NCBI GenBank assembly: GCA_963693365.1
Contig: CAVNZM010000003.1
Coordinates: forward strand, 13,173,252-13,237,251
DNA length: 64,000 nt
Origin: Amoebidium appalachense
Lineage: Eukaryota > Protista > Ichthyosporea
Direction of reading: 5' to 3'
In this document: piece after piece, positions 1-12,337 of the stretch
How positions within the stretch are numbered: the stretch's first letter is position 1
How the letters are laid out: each line of letters begins with the position of its first letter
Program-made: the position numbers and the translations under genes
Notes under the pieces: model-generated
Database searches by the model: none
Told to the model about the DNA's origin: nothing
Seen by the model: the letters and a program-made list of their open reading frames with translations, nothing else

Positions 1-351
1 ACACTCTCAAAGTGAAGACACTTTGCAATAAACCAAATTCCATATATATCTATTGTCCAATCACAACACACATATATTAACAGACAGGAATGCACAACAC
101 AATCTACAGATGTACTCGCTCGCGACTATTGGCGAGCCATCCTTTTGAGAACAAAACTAAGCCATTTTGAAATAAAGGAAAGACAACGAGTGAGGCTAGC
201 CAATCACGCTACCTCTCAGATAAACAGAGGAGAGCAAACAGAAATAAAATACAATAAGTTCTTATCAGGCAAGAGAGCCAGGTGTGCACAGATCTACAGA
301 TATCTGTGCCCACAGAAACAAGGGAGAGAGAGATACGGGGGGGGGGGGGGG

Positions 352-742
<391 letters not shown>

Positions 743-862
743 CTCCCTCCCTCCCTCCCTCTCCCCCTCCCTCTCCCCACACACATACACACGTTTTTCC
801 GCACCCCTCCCCTTTCCAACAATTCTACGGCTCATCTTACCTCAACCCACGTGCAATACACA

Positions 863-2052
863 GGCATGACATGCAGCTGTGGCAAGAATCGTGCAACATC
901 AAAGACGGATACAGCGTACTGCACCGGCAAAGGCCCGGGAAATGGTCGGTGTGCGTGCAATGTAAAGGGTGTCGGTTGTAGCCGCCAGTGCAAGTGCTAT
1001 AATTGCAGGAACCCTTTCGGCCGCCATGTACGCAAGGGGGCACCAGCCCGCACTCGCAAGCGCCATCGGGCCAGTGCAGCTTCTGCACCCACTAATGGCA
1101 ACGCGGGCACCACTGGTAGCCAGCAGCTACCAAGGATTCGTGGCTCCCATTTTCTTGTTTCAGTCAGAGAGCCATTGCGCACGGGCAAGTGGGCCATATC
1201 AGAGTCTTTGGCCATTCAAGTTATTGTCGAGACAGCAATACGGAATGGTGTGGATCTCCTCCCAAGCCCCCACTCTCCCCTTCCCCCCCTCTTCTCCACT
1301 GGCCCCCTCCCCCCCCCCCCCCCCCACCACCACCACCACCATAACCACCACACACCACCACCTCCCCTCCTCCCCACCTCCTCTGGGCCTATGATACTCA
1401 GAGCCGAACATGTCACTAGGGCGCACACATATACATGCACATACATGCATTCACACACTGAGGCGCACACACAAACATGCATACGCACGCTTTTACATAT
1501 ACCACTTGCAGTAGACACGTAGACATGTAATCTTCTTCTCATACAGCTTGTGACTGCAGCATGCTAACACGTTGTAATTGTAACCATACTGCAGGTGTCG
1601 AGGTAACAGCCGACGAGGTTCTAAAGAATTACGACCAGCTGCGACTTATCCACAACCTAGCGGAGGTTGGCGATAGTGCTAAGCCTTCAATCCTCCGCGC
1701 ACACACGGTTAAACAAATTCAAGCCAAAATCGACCATTACATGAGACGGAGGCATTTGTTATCAGCCTTGTCAAATGCAGCAGCGTCAGCCAAAGGCAGC
1801 CGCCGCACTGCTACGGTCCCACCTTCCCAGCAACCAAACATGCAGCAGGAGGTGGATCTAATGGATACATCTGGCGGCAACTCACCGCCAAATTCCCCAA
1901 TTGTTCCACCGAGTCAGGGCCTTGGCTCCCAGCGGCCGATCTGCCCCATATACGCAATCCTTTCCCAATGCCGATGGTTCCACCAAACGCGGTTCAAGTT
2001 CACCAGATCGTGGGATATTTGTGTTGTGCTTGTGGGATGGGCTGCCCCATGA
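863..2052 (+). CDS. Spliced gene fragment encoding a tesmin/TSO1-like CXC (Cys-rich) domain protein; exons approx. 863-1247 and 1595-~2050
   Basis: Translation CSCGK...YC...GRCACNVKGVGCSRQCKCYNCRNPFG fits the CRC/CXC pattern. There is a cacag acceptor near 862, a gtgtgg donor near 1248 followed by a poly-C intron, and a ctgcag acceptor near 1594. The 5' and 3' limits are uncertain. Confidence 0.55.
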
Positions 2053-2292
2053 TGCCACATTATGTCGGTACGGCCTGTGTAAATCCGCGATGCCGGCGCT
2101 ACGTGCAGAAGCTGGCCAACGGCCATCAAACATGGGCCTGGAAGTAGTGTGGGGGAAAGGGCGGAGGGTACGGCCAGGGGTGAGGTTGGGGGGTTTGGGT
2201 GGGGGGGGGGGGGGGGGGGGGGAAGGGGGAGGGAAGGGAAGGGGGAAATTGGGGAGGGGGGGGGGGGGGGAATTAGAAGGAGCAGCTGGGGG

Positions 2293-2293
2293 G

Positions 2294-2326
<33 letters not shown>

Positions 2327-2378
2327 TAGAAGAGAGAGAGAGAGAGAAGAGAGAGGGAGAAGAGAGAGAGAGAGAAGA

Positions 2379-2409
<31 letters not shown>

Positions 2410-2413
2410 AGAG

Positions 2414-2451
<38 letters not shown>

Positions 2452-2490
2452 GGAGAGAAAGAGAGAGAAAGAAAGAGAGAGAGAGAGAGG
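2293..2490. repeat. (GA)n-rich microsatellite
   Basis: Directly visible. Confidence 0.9.
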
Positions 2491-2897
2491 GAGGGCACGG
2501 TTTAGAGCCTCATTGTGTGTGTGTGAGAGAGAATTTCCACAATGTACATGTTTTATGTGTGACTCCGACTTTTGTGTCCGTAAATCAGCTAGACGTTTTA
2601 TCAAGTGATGTATCATGTTTTTTGTGTCATTTGTGTGTCATGCCATGTTCATGTCATATAATCAGTTGTACGGATTCTAGCACCTGTTACATGTACTTGT
2701 GAGTAGAAGTTTCTGTAGAGTATGGGGGCGCCATTAATGGTATTGTATATACATGTACTGTAGACCATCTGTATACGCGTACGTGCAGCAGTGCCACGTC
2801 TAATTAATAAATATTAGCATGTATCCCCCCCCCCCCCCCCCCGCCCCCCCGCCCCCCCCCCGCCCCCCACCCCCCCACCCCCCCCCCCCCCCCGCCG

Positions 2898-2932
<35 letters not shown>

Positions 2933-3724
2933 CACCGTATCACTGAGGTACTGCCACATGGCCTGTCTTGAAGATATAATTTGGATGGCCAATAGCGCTA
3001 CAAAAGAACTCTCCAAAGATCTCCTTAGATGATCCACTGCCTAGCTGTGATATATCCTGACGACATTCTAACGCAATCAGTTCGTTTCGCAAATGTTGCA
3101 TGGCCATACGGGATTAAGAGAGGATAAAGATTGTACTAAGATCTCCGCAGTACATCTTTAACATATCTCTACGCCCATCCCACGAGCGCCTTGTGTCAAC
3201 TTTCTTGCGTGTATAATGCATCTTACACACATCTATATAATATGTATCGGTATCTCTCATAGACATCCTGTAGAATGAGTGCAGACGTCTTTAGGACATC
3301 TGTTAACAACCCCATGTTCCGGGATGATAAAAATATGTCCTCAATCCGTCCAAGATATCTTTAAGACGTAAAAGACATGAAAACCCGAAAGACGTCTTTC
3401 ATATATCCCGTATGCATCCGCAACCCATCAGACAATTTAATGGGGGGTTAAGGACATCGGACTTGTGCTGATGGGTATAGTGCACTTCCAGGTGTCTGTA
3501 TACATCTTGTCAGACGACTTTACTACGTCTTGCAGATGTCCACTGTCTTGAATCCGTGCCAGACATATTTAATATATATGGGATGTGTTTCAGACGCCTT
3601 GCCATCCTGAAATTCCGGGTTATCCTAAACCCGTCCTAAGCTATCTTTTAGATATATTAACGACGATAGGACGTCCTAAAGTCGTACAAGACAGGTTTCG
3701 GATGGGGGGTGATCTTTGCTGATG

Positions 3725-4700
3725 TAGGTGGTGGCCGAGCTCAGCAGCAAGCGCAATGATGTAGCGTGTTGTGGCGGGGTTGGCGGTGGAGCAGAAGGTC
3801 TCGGTGTAGTCCAGACCCGGCCTCTGGGTGTATGCCATAGCCACTAGTAGGCGGGCCCGGAAGCGGATAACTGCGTTGTTGGCGTTGGTCTTGACGTCAT
3901 ACACCCATTGCACTTTGATTGGCTTGCAGCCTGGCGGGGGGTCTACTAGTGAGTAGGTGCCGTACTTGTCCAGCTTGGCTAGCTCTGCATGCATGGCCTC
4001 CTCCCACTGTGGTGCAAAAGATGACGCACGTGCCTTCGTCAGCGAATTTGGTATGGGCACGTCGGCTACATAGTAGATGGGCTCGGTTATGCCGGTGCCA
4101 TTACTGTTGCTGCCGCTGGTGGTGGTGCTGGCCAGAGCACTGGCTGCTGCCGTCATGGCTAGCACCTTGCTGTTGTCGCGCATGCGTCCACCACCCACGT
4201 GCTCACTAGAGTTGAACACACGGCCACTACGGGTCCTAGGTGGCTGGTGGTGGGTAGGCACAACCTCCCCCCCAATCCGCACGCGCCGATTGGTTGGTGC
4301 TGTCGCAGGGGAAGTAGCCCGTTGCTGTGCACTTGCAACTGGTGCAGTCTCCTCCTGTGTGGTTGCCTGGGTAGCCGGTGTGCACGGTGGTGTGTGTGGT
4401 GCAGCTTCGCCCGCTGTGGCAGAATCAACGGGTGGCTGGCGTACTGGTGCCTTGATCTGATTGGCTGCCGGAGTCAGCGAATCGTGCGACACGCTGGTGG
4501 GTGTAGTGGGGCTGAAGGGGATCGGGGTGCCCTTGTGCAGGGTCATACCCTCGTCGAACACCACACTCCTCCTCACCACGACCTTCCCAAAGCCCTTTTC
4601 GGTGGCCAGCAATATGCGGTATCCCTTCACCTGCACCCCACCGTCGCTGCCGTAGCCAATCAAAATGCCGCGTTCGGCGCGTGGGCTTCGTCCTCGAAGG
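3725..4700 (-). pseudogene. Ty1/Copia pol fragment (post-integrase SH3-like region and RT N-terminus)
   Basis: Motifs GILIGY...KGYR...RSVVFDE and WEEAMHAEL...GTYSLV...WVYDVK...RFRARL..AYTQRPGLDYTETF. Truncated at both ends. Confidence 0.85.
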
Positions 4701-4899
4701 AGTGAGTGATAGGGTGAGATATGTGTGAAAAAAAAACGACATATAGTCATAAGCATCAGCTTACGATCTGTGTTGTGAGGAATGGTTCCTAACGAACCAA
4801 TCACAGCCATGTGCTAAATTTTATCCGGGCAGATCCTGATCTTCCTGCACGTGGGGAAGAGGGTCTGTGTCGATCAATTAGACTCAAACTCAAATTAAT

Positions 4900-5644
4900 T
4901 TTCAATGACCTCAATTGTGTTTTATCCATCCACACAGGATTATCACGGCCAGCTTTAAGGCGGAAGATATTTTGTGTAGGTAGAGCACGCGTTTCGTAAA
5001 GAAAGGGGTGTTCTATCTCAATCTAGAATGGCCTCTATTTCGACTTCATCATCTGCAACAATGTTCCAACCATGTGACTGACCAGTCACAGGGAGGTCAT
5101 CATTTAGGCATAGCGCCACGTAATTCACATGAGAATACGAATATCATTTAAATCTTGCTTATTTCTGACCCTATAAGCTAATTCTCCCACTTGCTTGACC
5201 ACCTCAAATCCGTGGTGCCAACGAGGGGATAATTTACCTGGATGCTCAGAAGTATTTCTGATCATCACTGGGTCTCCTCTGAAAAATTTGCGAATTTTCG
5301 CAACTTGATCTGATTTGTGCGAATTATTCTTAGCATATCCAGGCGGCTTATTCATTTGCATATGCCGCACAATCTGAATTTGCCGTATCGCTTTTTCCCC
5401 TATAGCAGTCCACTCTGGTTGCTTCATGGGTTCCCCAGGAGGCAACAGAGAGACATCCGGAAAAAGTGTAGGATGTTGCCCGAATACGAGATAATATGGT
5501 GAATATCCAGTAGCCGCATGTTGAGTAACCCTATACCCAAACATAACGGGAGCTAGATATTCGTCCCAATCATCCCCATCCAAATTCACATACTTACTAA
5601 TGGCATCATTAATCGGTCTGTGAGACCTTTCGTTAATGGCATTA
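4900..5644 (-). pseudogene. Old Ty3/Gypsy integrase, C-terminal part (segment 3 of 3) with a degenerate chromodomain-like tail
   Basis: NAINER...WDEYLAPVMFGYRVTQHAATGYSPYYLVFG...GDPVMIR...KLSPRW; downstream EVEIEAILD is followed by stops. Confidence 0.8.
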
Positions 5645-6329
5645 TCTATGAAAACTACTCCGGGACGTGTGTTGCCTCTAGGGGGACATCCCCTTGGACG
5701 AAAGTGAACCTGCAATGGTTGTAAACCACGGCAAGCCCCCAGTCATCAATTTATTGATCCGTGAGGTCCATGTGCCCAAAAAACGGGGGAAGTCTTCGCC
5801 CCGTGAAAAAACAGCACGTATGTGTGGATCAATGGGGGTTGTGTGTGGGTGTAGGTGGGTGGGTGAAAAGGAATATATAGCTGTAAGGCTGTGGATGCTA
5901 AACACAGAAGATGTGTTTGTAGCTTGCTGATCTGCTAAAAACTGTCGTGCTTATATACCTAAGCCTACCGATCTGAGCCAATCAAAAATCGATCTAGTGA
6001 TATGTGAAATCTGATCCGAGCCAATCATAACTCGGTCTAGTGATCTGTGGTATCTGATGTTTTGACTGGCTAATAGGTGCCCGTGTGCGGGCAGCCAACC
6101 GCTAACTGCTAAAACACGAAATGAAGCCTACATGGTTATGTTGGTATCGAACACCCATCCTACGTGTTTACCCAGAAAAATATTTATGTCAATAATTTCC
6201 ACAAATAAAACCTCTATGAAAACTACTCCGGGACGTGTGTTGCCTCTAGGGGGACATCCCCTTGGACGAAAGTGAACCTGCAATGGTTGTAAACCACGGC
6301 ACGAGAGCAGTATGCTTGCTCCAAAGGTT

Positions 6330-7392
6330 TCACTTAAGAATAGAGGCGAATACACGTGTGGTGGTGGCAGCAATGGAGGCCGGACGAAGTCGAGTATAGA
6401 TCAGGAAGCAGTCGGAGGACCACCGGCCGAGTTGTTTGATCCGGGAGTCGTTGACCCCGGCCTCAGCCAGTGCTGTGGCCCCCCCGATGCGGAGGCTGTG
6501 TCCGGCAAACCGGGAGGGTGAGAGGCCTGCCCGGGAGAGGAGGGCACGGAAATCGGCAGAGAAAGCACTCTTGGTGTAGGGGATGCCACCGAGACTGAAG
6601 AGGGGGTCGTCGGGTTGACCGGACGTTGTATCCAGGAACTGCCGGAGGAGATGGGCTGGGGAGAAGTGGGTGAGGGGCAGGGCAGCTAGGGTGACGTTGA
6701 CACCTCGGGCCTGTACATCCGTCTTAGAGGTTGGCAGGTGGAGGGTGGCATGGGACAAAGTACCGGTGGGGGTGTAGCTGAAGGTCACGTCCTTCCGTTT
6801 AACGTGACGGGACGGGTCGAAAGAAGTCAGGGTCTTGGAGGTAAATTCCCCTGAACGGAGGAGACCACAGAAACCGACGATGAGGGCCGTCCATAGCCGG
6901 AGATTGGCCGAGGAGGCCTTGGTGGGGCACTGGCCATGGAGTAGGCTGAGGTGGGAGGGGAGGAGGGGTTCCCTGGTGGATGAGCGGGGTCGGATGTTGT
7001 GAGACAGCTGCCATCGGCCTACCCCCCGTAGGAACCAGGCCAGAGACTTGTCGTGGGGGTAGGGAGCAGGGAGGCCCATGTCGAGGTGGAGCCTGGTGAT
7101 GGCCGAATTGTAGCCGGTTAAGGAAGAGGCCTGTACCCCTCGTTGGGCACACCAGGCGAGAAAAAGTTGCACGGTGTGTGGGGAGGCCGGGAGGGAGGAC
7201 CCGGAGGAGGATTGCAGCCGAGATGCCACACAGAAATCGATGAACACTTTTTGCACCTGGGAGTAAAAGGCCCGAGAGTCGAGGTTGAGACTCAGGGCCT
7301 GGCATTCCTGCAGGGTAGTGGTGGCTCGAAGCAGCTCGGCCGGAGCAAAGTGGGGGGCCAATCTGCCAGTGTTGCTCCGGAACGGGAGATCT

Positions 7393-7427
<35 letters not shown>

Positions 7428-7540
7428 GCCCAAGGGAAGGGATAGGAACTCGTGGACCCAGGAGGGGAAGGGGCAGGGCTCCGGTTGCAGGGAAGGTCGG
7501 AGTCGTCGGGCCCGGGGAAGTTGGTTACGAGAAATGGCAT
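6330..7540 (-). CDS. Tyrosine recombinase (ORF3) of Ngaro copy 1; frame break in poly-G near 7400
   Basis: Catalytic signature LLRSGE...SKTD...GHSLRIGGAT...LGRWSSDCFLIY. Confidence 0.9.
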
Positions 7541-9121
7541 CGGCCAGATGGTTGAGGGGTCCTGGTAGGTAGGATGCCTGTAACGTAAATTGGTATTGCA
7601 TTTCCATGCGGGTGATGAACCGAATAAGTTTGGCCATCACGGGGTGGGGGCAAGACCGGGAGTGCAGGTCAGACACAGCACCCGTGTTGTCGCATAAAAT
7701 ACGGACATGGTGGGTGGACCAGGAGGGGGCCCAGAGGGCCACGGCGGCTGCGATGGCCAGGAGTTCGATGACGGAAGAACCGAGTTTACCCTCATGAGCA
7801 TAGAGGGCTTGGGTGGAGGGGGACCAGGGCATGAAGAACCATTGGTCGAGCCAGTGGCCACCTAGACCCACCGATCCGGCAGCGTCAGTGGCCAGGGTGG
7901 TATATGTGGGGGGTGTGATGAGGTGCACCCCATTCCATGATGTGAGGAACTGGTGCCATTCGGCTATGTCGGCCCGGGCGGCAGCAGTCAGCCGTATGTG
8001 GTGGTGGCCGGCAAGGTGTGGGTGGGTCCGGAGAAGGGCCCATAGGCGCTGGGAGAAGGCCCTCCCGGGGGGAACCAGCTGGGCACACCAGGTGAGTTTG
8101 CCGAGGAGGGACTGGAGGTCCCGAATGGTGATGGTGGGCTTTGGGTGGGAAGTGAGGTCGAGTAGGTCCGAGAGCTTGGAAGCCGGGATTCGTGCCTCCA
8201 TGGCGATGGAGTCGAATTCGATACCGATGAAGACGACACGGGTAGCCGGGCCCTGCATCTTGTCTTCGGAGATGGCAATGTGCAGCTCTCGGCAGAGTTG
8301 CAGGAAGGTGGATAGGTGACGTTGGCACTGCTGTTGTGTGGGGGCGACTATAATCCAGTCGTCTACGTAGTGGCGGATGAGGGTAATACCGTGCTGGTGT
8401 GCCAGCCACTGTAGGGTGGCCGCGATCCGTTCCCAGATGGCTGGGCTAGATTTCAGGCCGAAGGGCAGTCTGGTTTCAACGTAAAAATGCCCTTGCCATT
8501 TGAATGCCATTAAGTGGTGGTCTTCCGGTCGGATGGGCATGTGCCGGAAGGCTGCCTGCACATCTGCCACGGCCATGTAGCAGCCGGGGCCTGCGTCGAG
8601 AATGAGTTGGGTGACATCCCGGGCGCGAATGTACTGAAGTTCGTCGGGGTAGGTGATGCTGTCATTGACACTGCTACCCCGGGGCCAGGAGAGGTGGTGG
8701 ATTCGACGGTACTTGGGGGGGTTCCCTTTCTTGGTAACGGCGCCGATGGGGGAGGAACGGTGGACGGGAAATTCGTCAAAGAATTGGGCCGGGGAGAGGG
8801 GGCCGCGCAGGTGGCCGAGGGCGACTTCTTTGGCAATATCCACCGTGATAGCGGCAGCTGCCTCCGGGGTGGTGGGTAGGTTGGGGCCCACCCGAGAGGT
8901 GGAGGGGCCGCGATAGCCGATGTCGACGCCGAATTCGACATCGTGGAGGAGTTGTGCGGCGAATGGTTGGTCCGGGTAGGAGGCCAGCAGTTCCCGGAGG
9001 CGGGAGGTGTCAATGTGGTGCTGGGGCAGCGGGCGGGCCTCCGGGTCTGAGCCTCGGGGGAAGGGGGTGGTTAGCAAGGGTGGTGTACCCTTGGGGAGAT
9101 CCCGGCAGGGGGGGGGGGGGG

Positions 9122-9162
<41 letters not shown>

Positions 9163-9278
9163 CAGGGGCCCCGGGGGGTTAGAGTAGGGCAGCTGGGCCC
9201 AAGTGAGGGTTGGCAGGGAGGGCAGCGGGGCCCTGTGCGGGGGAATGTGCCCGAGCACGCGGGGGTGTGGGCGGACAC
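7425..9278 (-). CDS. Reverse transcriptase/RNase H (ORF2) of Ngaro copy 1
   Basis: KYRRIHHLSWP, ADVQAAFR, LPFGLKSSP, HYVDD, TDAAG, ELLAI, CDN, NHLADAISR. Confidence 0.92.
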
Positions 9279-9552
9279 AGCGGTAGAAGAAGGGGGGGGA
9301 GGGAGTGCTAGGTGAGTGTAAGGGGGGGGAGGCTCGTGGGATGGGGGGGGGGAGTAAAATTATGTGCAGTGGCCAGAATAAACGTCTTTGTATAGGGACA
9401 TTTATTCTTGACGCGCGCGGGCGCCGTAGTTGGCCTGCGAAATTTTGTACTCAGCCCTATTGGCCCGTTCTCCCGAGCTCCGTTTCCCTGTACTCGTGTG
9501 TCCTAGCTCCTAACCCCTATGTTCTAGCTGTGTGTGTGGGTGTGCGCGTAGA

Positions 9553-10730
9553 CTAGGCATTGTGCTTGCAGTCTTTGCGGGGGTGTGTGCCAGAGCAGAG
9601 CGGGCACACGTGGGAGAAGGGGCAGGGCTGCTTAGCGCAGGACCGACCGTTAATGTGGAAATTCCTGCAGTGCGTCGCGGGTAGATCCACGGGTCGGGCC
9701 GGTTTTGCCGGGCCGGGTTGCGGGCCAGGGCGGTTAGGGGTGTGACCCCCGCCGGGCTTGTGGGGCGGCTTAAAGCCGTCAAGACCACAGCCGGGCTTGG
9801 GGTACATGGGGCAGGCCGCGCTGGGGTGGTCGGGGAAGCCACAGCGCTGACATGCGTCCTGGATGAGCAGAGTGGGTGGCAGGAGGAGATCCTGGTGGAG
9901 TTGGGCGAGCAGGTTGGGGCACTCGATCGGAGCCCGACCCTGCTGGTGGGCCACGGTGCGGGCGTATACGTCATAGTTGTGGATCTGGGCCCACGGGTAT
10001 CGGGTGCTGAGGCGAGTGATGTGCTGAGTCCAAAGTACGTCTTTGTCCGTGGGAAGGCCGAGGTGGTGCTTGGCGGCCATGTAATGGGTCCAAGCTTGGA
10101 TCCAAATGACGAGTGAACGCAGGGGAACGGGTTTGTCTTGGCGAAAAGTCTCGATGCTGCCGTCGTCGGCCATGCGCAGATGCTGACCTTTCTTGGATGG
10201 GGCCAGGAGGGCGGCGGGGGTGAACTTATACAGGTCGACGAAACGATTGGCGCGCAAATCTGCCAGCACATCCGCGGGGGGAAGCGGGAGTGTGCCCGGC
10301 TGAATGTCGCCAGTGTTCTCACCTGTGATGGGGGGCGCGGGCAGGGCAGGCAGGTCAAGGTCAGGGCCGAGATGCAGCCCCGGGGAAACCTCCCCCGGGC
10401 CGGGTGTGGAGGGGGCGCGGCGGGGGGCGCGGGAGGGTCGCGGTTGGTGAGAGCAGCCAGGACGCCAGCCATCTGGGTGCTGATGGCGGTGAGGGCGGCC
10501 AGGACGGCGTCTTGAGAAGTCATCTGCGGGGACGGCGGGGCCTGAGGGGGGACTTCAGGAGTGGAGGGGAGAGTAGCCGGCGGGTCCGGGTCCGTGGTGG
10601 TATGGGCCGCTGGAGGCGCGTCAGTGTCCGCGGGAGCGTTGGTCAGCCTGTGGCGGAGGTCGCTGCGGGTCAGGCGCTTAGGTGCCGCGGCAGGGGCGGC
10701 GGCTGAGGCCTGGCGCTTTTTCGGCGGCAT
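9553..10730 (-). CDS. Gag-like ORF1 of Ngaro copy 1 (frameshift near 10400 relative to copy 2)
   Basis: Nearly identical to the intact ORF1 of copy 2. Contains CQRCGFPDHPSAAC knuckle and CRNFH...C...CPFSHVCPLCSGTH zinc fingers. Confidence 0.8.
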
Positions 10731-11109
10731 GCTGACCGGCGTAGGGAAAGATAGGGAGAATGAAAAGGAATATATAGCTGTAAGGCTGTGGATGCTAAAC
10801 ACAGAAGATGTGTTTGTAGCTTGCTGATCTGCTAAAAACTGTCGTGCTTATATACCTAAGCCTACCGATCTGAGCCAATCAAAAATCGATCTAGTGATAT
10901 GTGAAATCTGATCCGAGCCAATCATAACTCGGTCTAGTGATCTGTGGTATCTGATGTTTTGACTGGCTAATAGGTGCCCGTGTGCGGGCAGCCAACCGCT
11001 AACTGCTAAAACACGAAATGAAGCCTACATGGTTATGTTGGTATCGAACACCCATCCTACGTGTTTACCCAGAAAAATATTTATGTCAATAATTTCCACA
11101 AATAAAACC

Positions 11110-11290
11110 GTTTGAGGGTGATAGGCGGCTGTGTTTAACTTTGTGATATTCAACATTTTACACAGCTCTAGCACTATCTCCTAGAGAAAAGTTGCACCGC
11201 GGTCAGACAATAGTGACCTAGGTGGGCCATAAACATAACAAAATCTATCTAAGATAAGCCGTGCAATTGTGGCAGCCGTTTCATCAATTA
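11110..11290 (-). pseudogene. Gypsy integrase core fragment (segment 2 of 3)
   Basis: Reads IDETAATIARLILDRFCYVYGPPRSLLSDRGATF*...AAYHPQT and joins both neighbouring segments in frame once the insertions are removed. Confidence 0.8.
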
Positions 11291-12337
11291 CAGTATGCGT
11301 CCGCGCGTAACATACTCCGCGCACAACATAACGTCGACGCCGATTTTCAAAAATCTTAACATACTGACCTCGGTCATTTTTCGGGATTATGTTAGCGCAC
11401 CAAGGGGTCCTATGGTTTATCTGGTCAGTTTAGACCCCCTATCTTTAGTATTTCGATCTCTTTCCCAGACAAAACAGTGGTTCGCCGTGATTTCAACGAC
11501 CGCCCAAAGCTCGCCAGGGCCAATGATAGGCGGCGGCCGCACATCGCATGGTATGCAAAGGACTCATGTGGCCGACTATGTCGATAAACGAGCAGAAACA
11601 TACGAAGGCCCCAACTACTAGTTCGAAGCAGTCTTGTATAGCTAGTTTTTACATCCTAGTCATATAGGCAGGTTGAATGCATATTAAACCCACCGATCAT
11701 GACCAAGCCAGTAGTCCAGGTGCAGGCAGCTGCACTTGGGGCGTTGAATAGTGCACTGCACACAGTAAATGAGGCCACAGACAAGTTTCAGGAAACTACC
11801 CAAGAAGCCCAAGCAATCATTTCTGAGGGTTTTGTAAACGCAAACAACACAATCAACAACGCAACCACACGTGCAATTGCACAAGCCGAAACGGCAAAAG
11901 CACAATTGCGCTCGCACATGGAGAGTTTAGAGAGCCGCAGAGCCCCCACACGCGCGGAATCGCTGAAAAAGGCTGCCAGTAAGCCTGGGCAGAAGACGAT
12001 GTTCGATTTTGGGGCCAAGAAAATTTTTTTGGTTCAACTGAACGGCCGGCAGAAGGTTATGAGTGCGCGCAGTGCGGAAGAAGCGGAGAAAATAGGTGAG
12101 CTACTCGCTGCAGACGATGTTTCGCCCAAGTTTCGCTGCATTGGCTGCGAGCAACCTTGTGGTAATGCTGGTTCACTCACAAACCACGAAAACAGTTGTG
12201 CTTTGGCAAGAGGGGGGGGGGGGGGGGGTAACATAATCGAGACGGGCTCTGGGAGCCTATTTTTAGATACTAATTAAAATTTAACATAATGACCTCGACC
12301 CTTGTCGGGGCGGTATGTTAGGCGCGGACGCATACTG
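11291..12337 (+). mobile_element. Non-autonomous Tc1/mariner-pogo-like TIR element (1047 bp)
   Basis: 25-bp TIRs CAGTATGCGTCCGCGC(G/C)TAACATAC with one mismatch, flanked by TA on both sides (11289-11290, 12338-12339). Interrupts the Gypsy integrase. Confidence 0.88.
11699..12277 (+). CDS. 192-aa ORF inside the TIR element; helical N-terminus plus CxxC..HxxxC zinc-finger-like motif, possibly a truncated transposase N-terminus
   Basis: ATG-started ORF containing CIGCEQPCGNAGSLTNHENSC. No DDE domain visible. Confidence 0.5.
   Translation: MTKPVVQVQAAALGALNSALHTVNEATDKFQETTQEAQAIISEGFVNANNTINNATTRAIAQAETAKAQLRSHMESLESRRAPTRAESLKKAASKPGQKTMFDFGAKKIFLVQLNGRQKVMSARSAEEAEKIGELLAADDVSPKFRCIGCEQPCGNAGSLTNHENSCALARGGGGGGNIIETGSGSLFLDTN

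Larger units (their letters stand above)
5645..11109 (-). mobile_element. Ngaro/PAT-type tyrosine-recombinase (DIRS order) retrotransposon, copy 1, full length
   Basis: Split direct repeats: A1 11109-10761, ORFs, B1 6301-6213, A2 6212-5864, spacer, B2 5733-5645. Encodes gag, RT/RNase H and YR ORFs. No TSD. Confidence 0.93.

Noticed and set aside
6330-7361. Phage integrase, prophage or Crypton
   Set aside because: The YR is linked to gag and RT/RNase H and to split direct repeats, which identifies a DIRS-order retroelement.
7400-10410. Programmed frameshifts in Ngaro copy 1 (and copy 4 near 63095)
   Set aside because: They fall in or next to G/C runs and are absent from copy 2; more likely sequencing error or decay.
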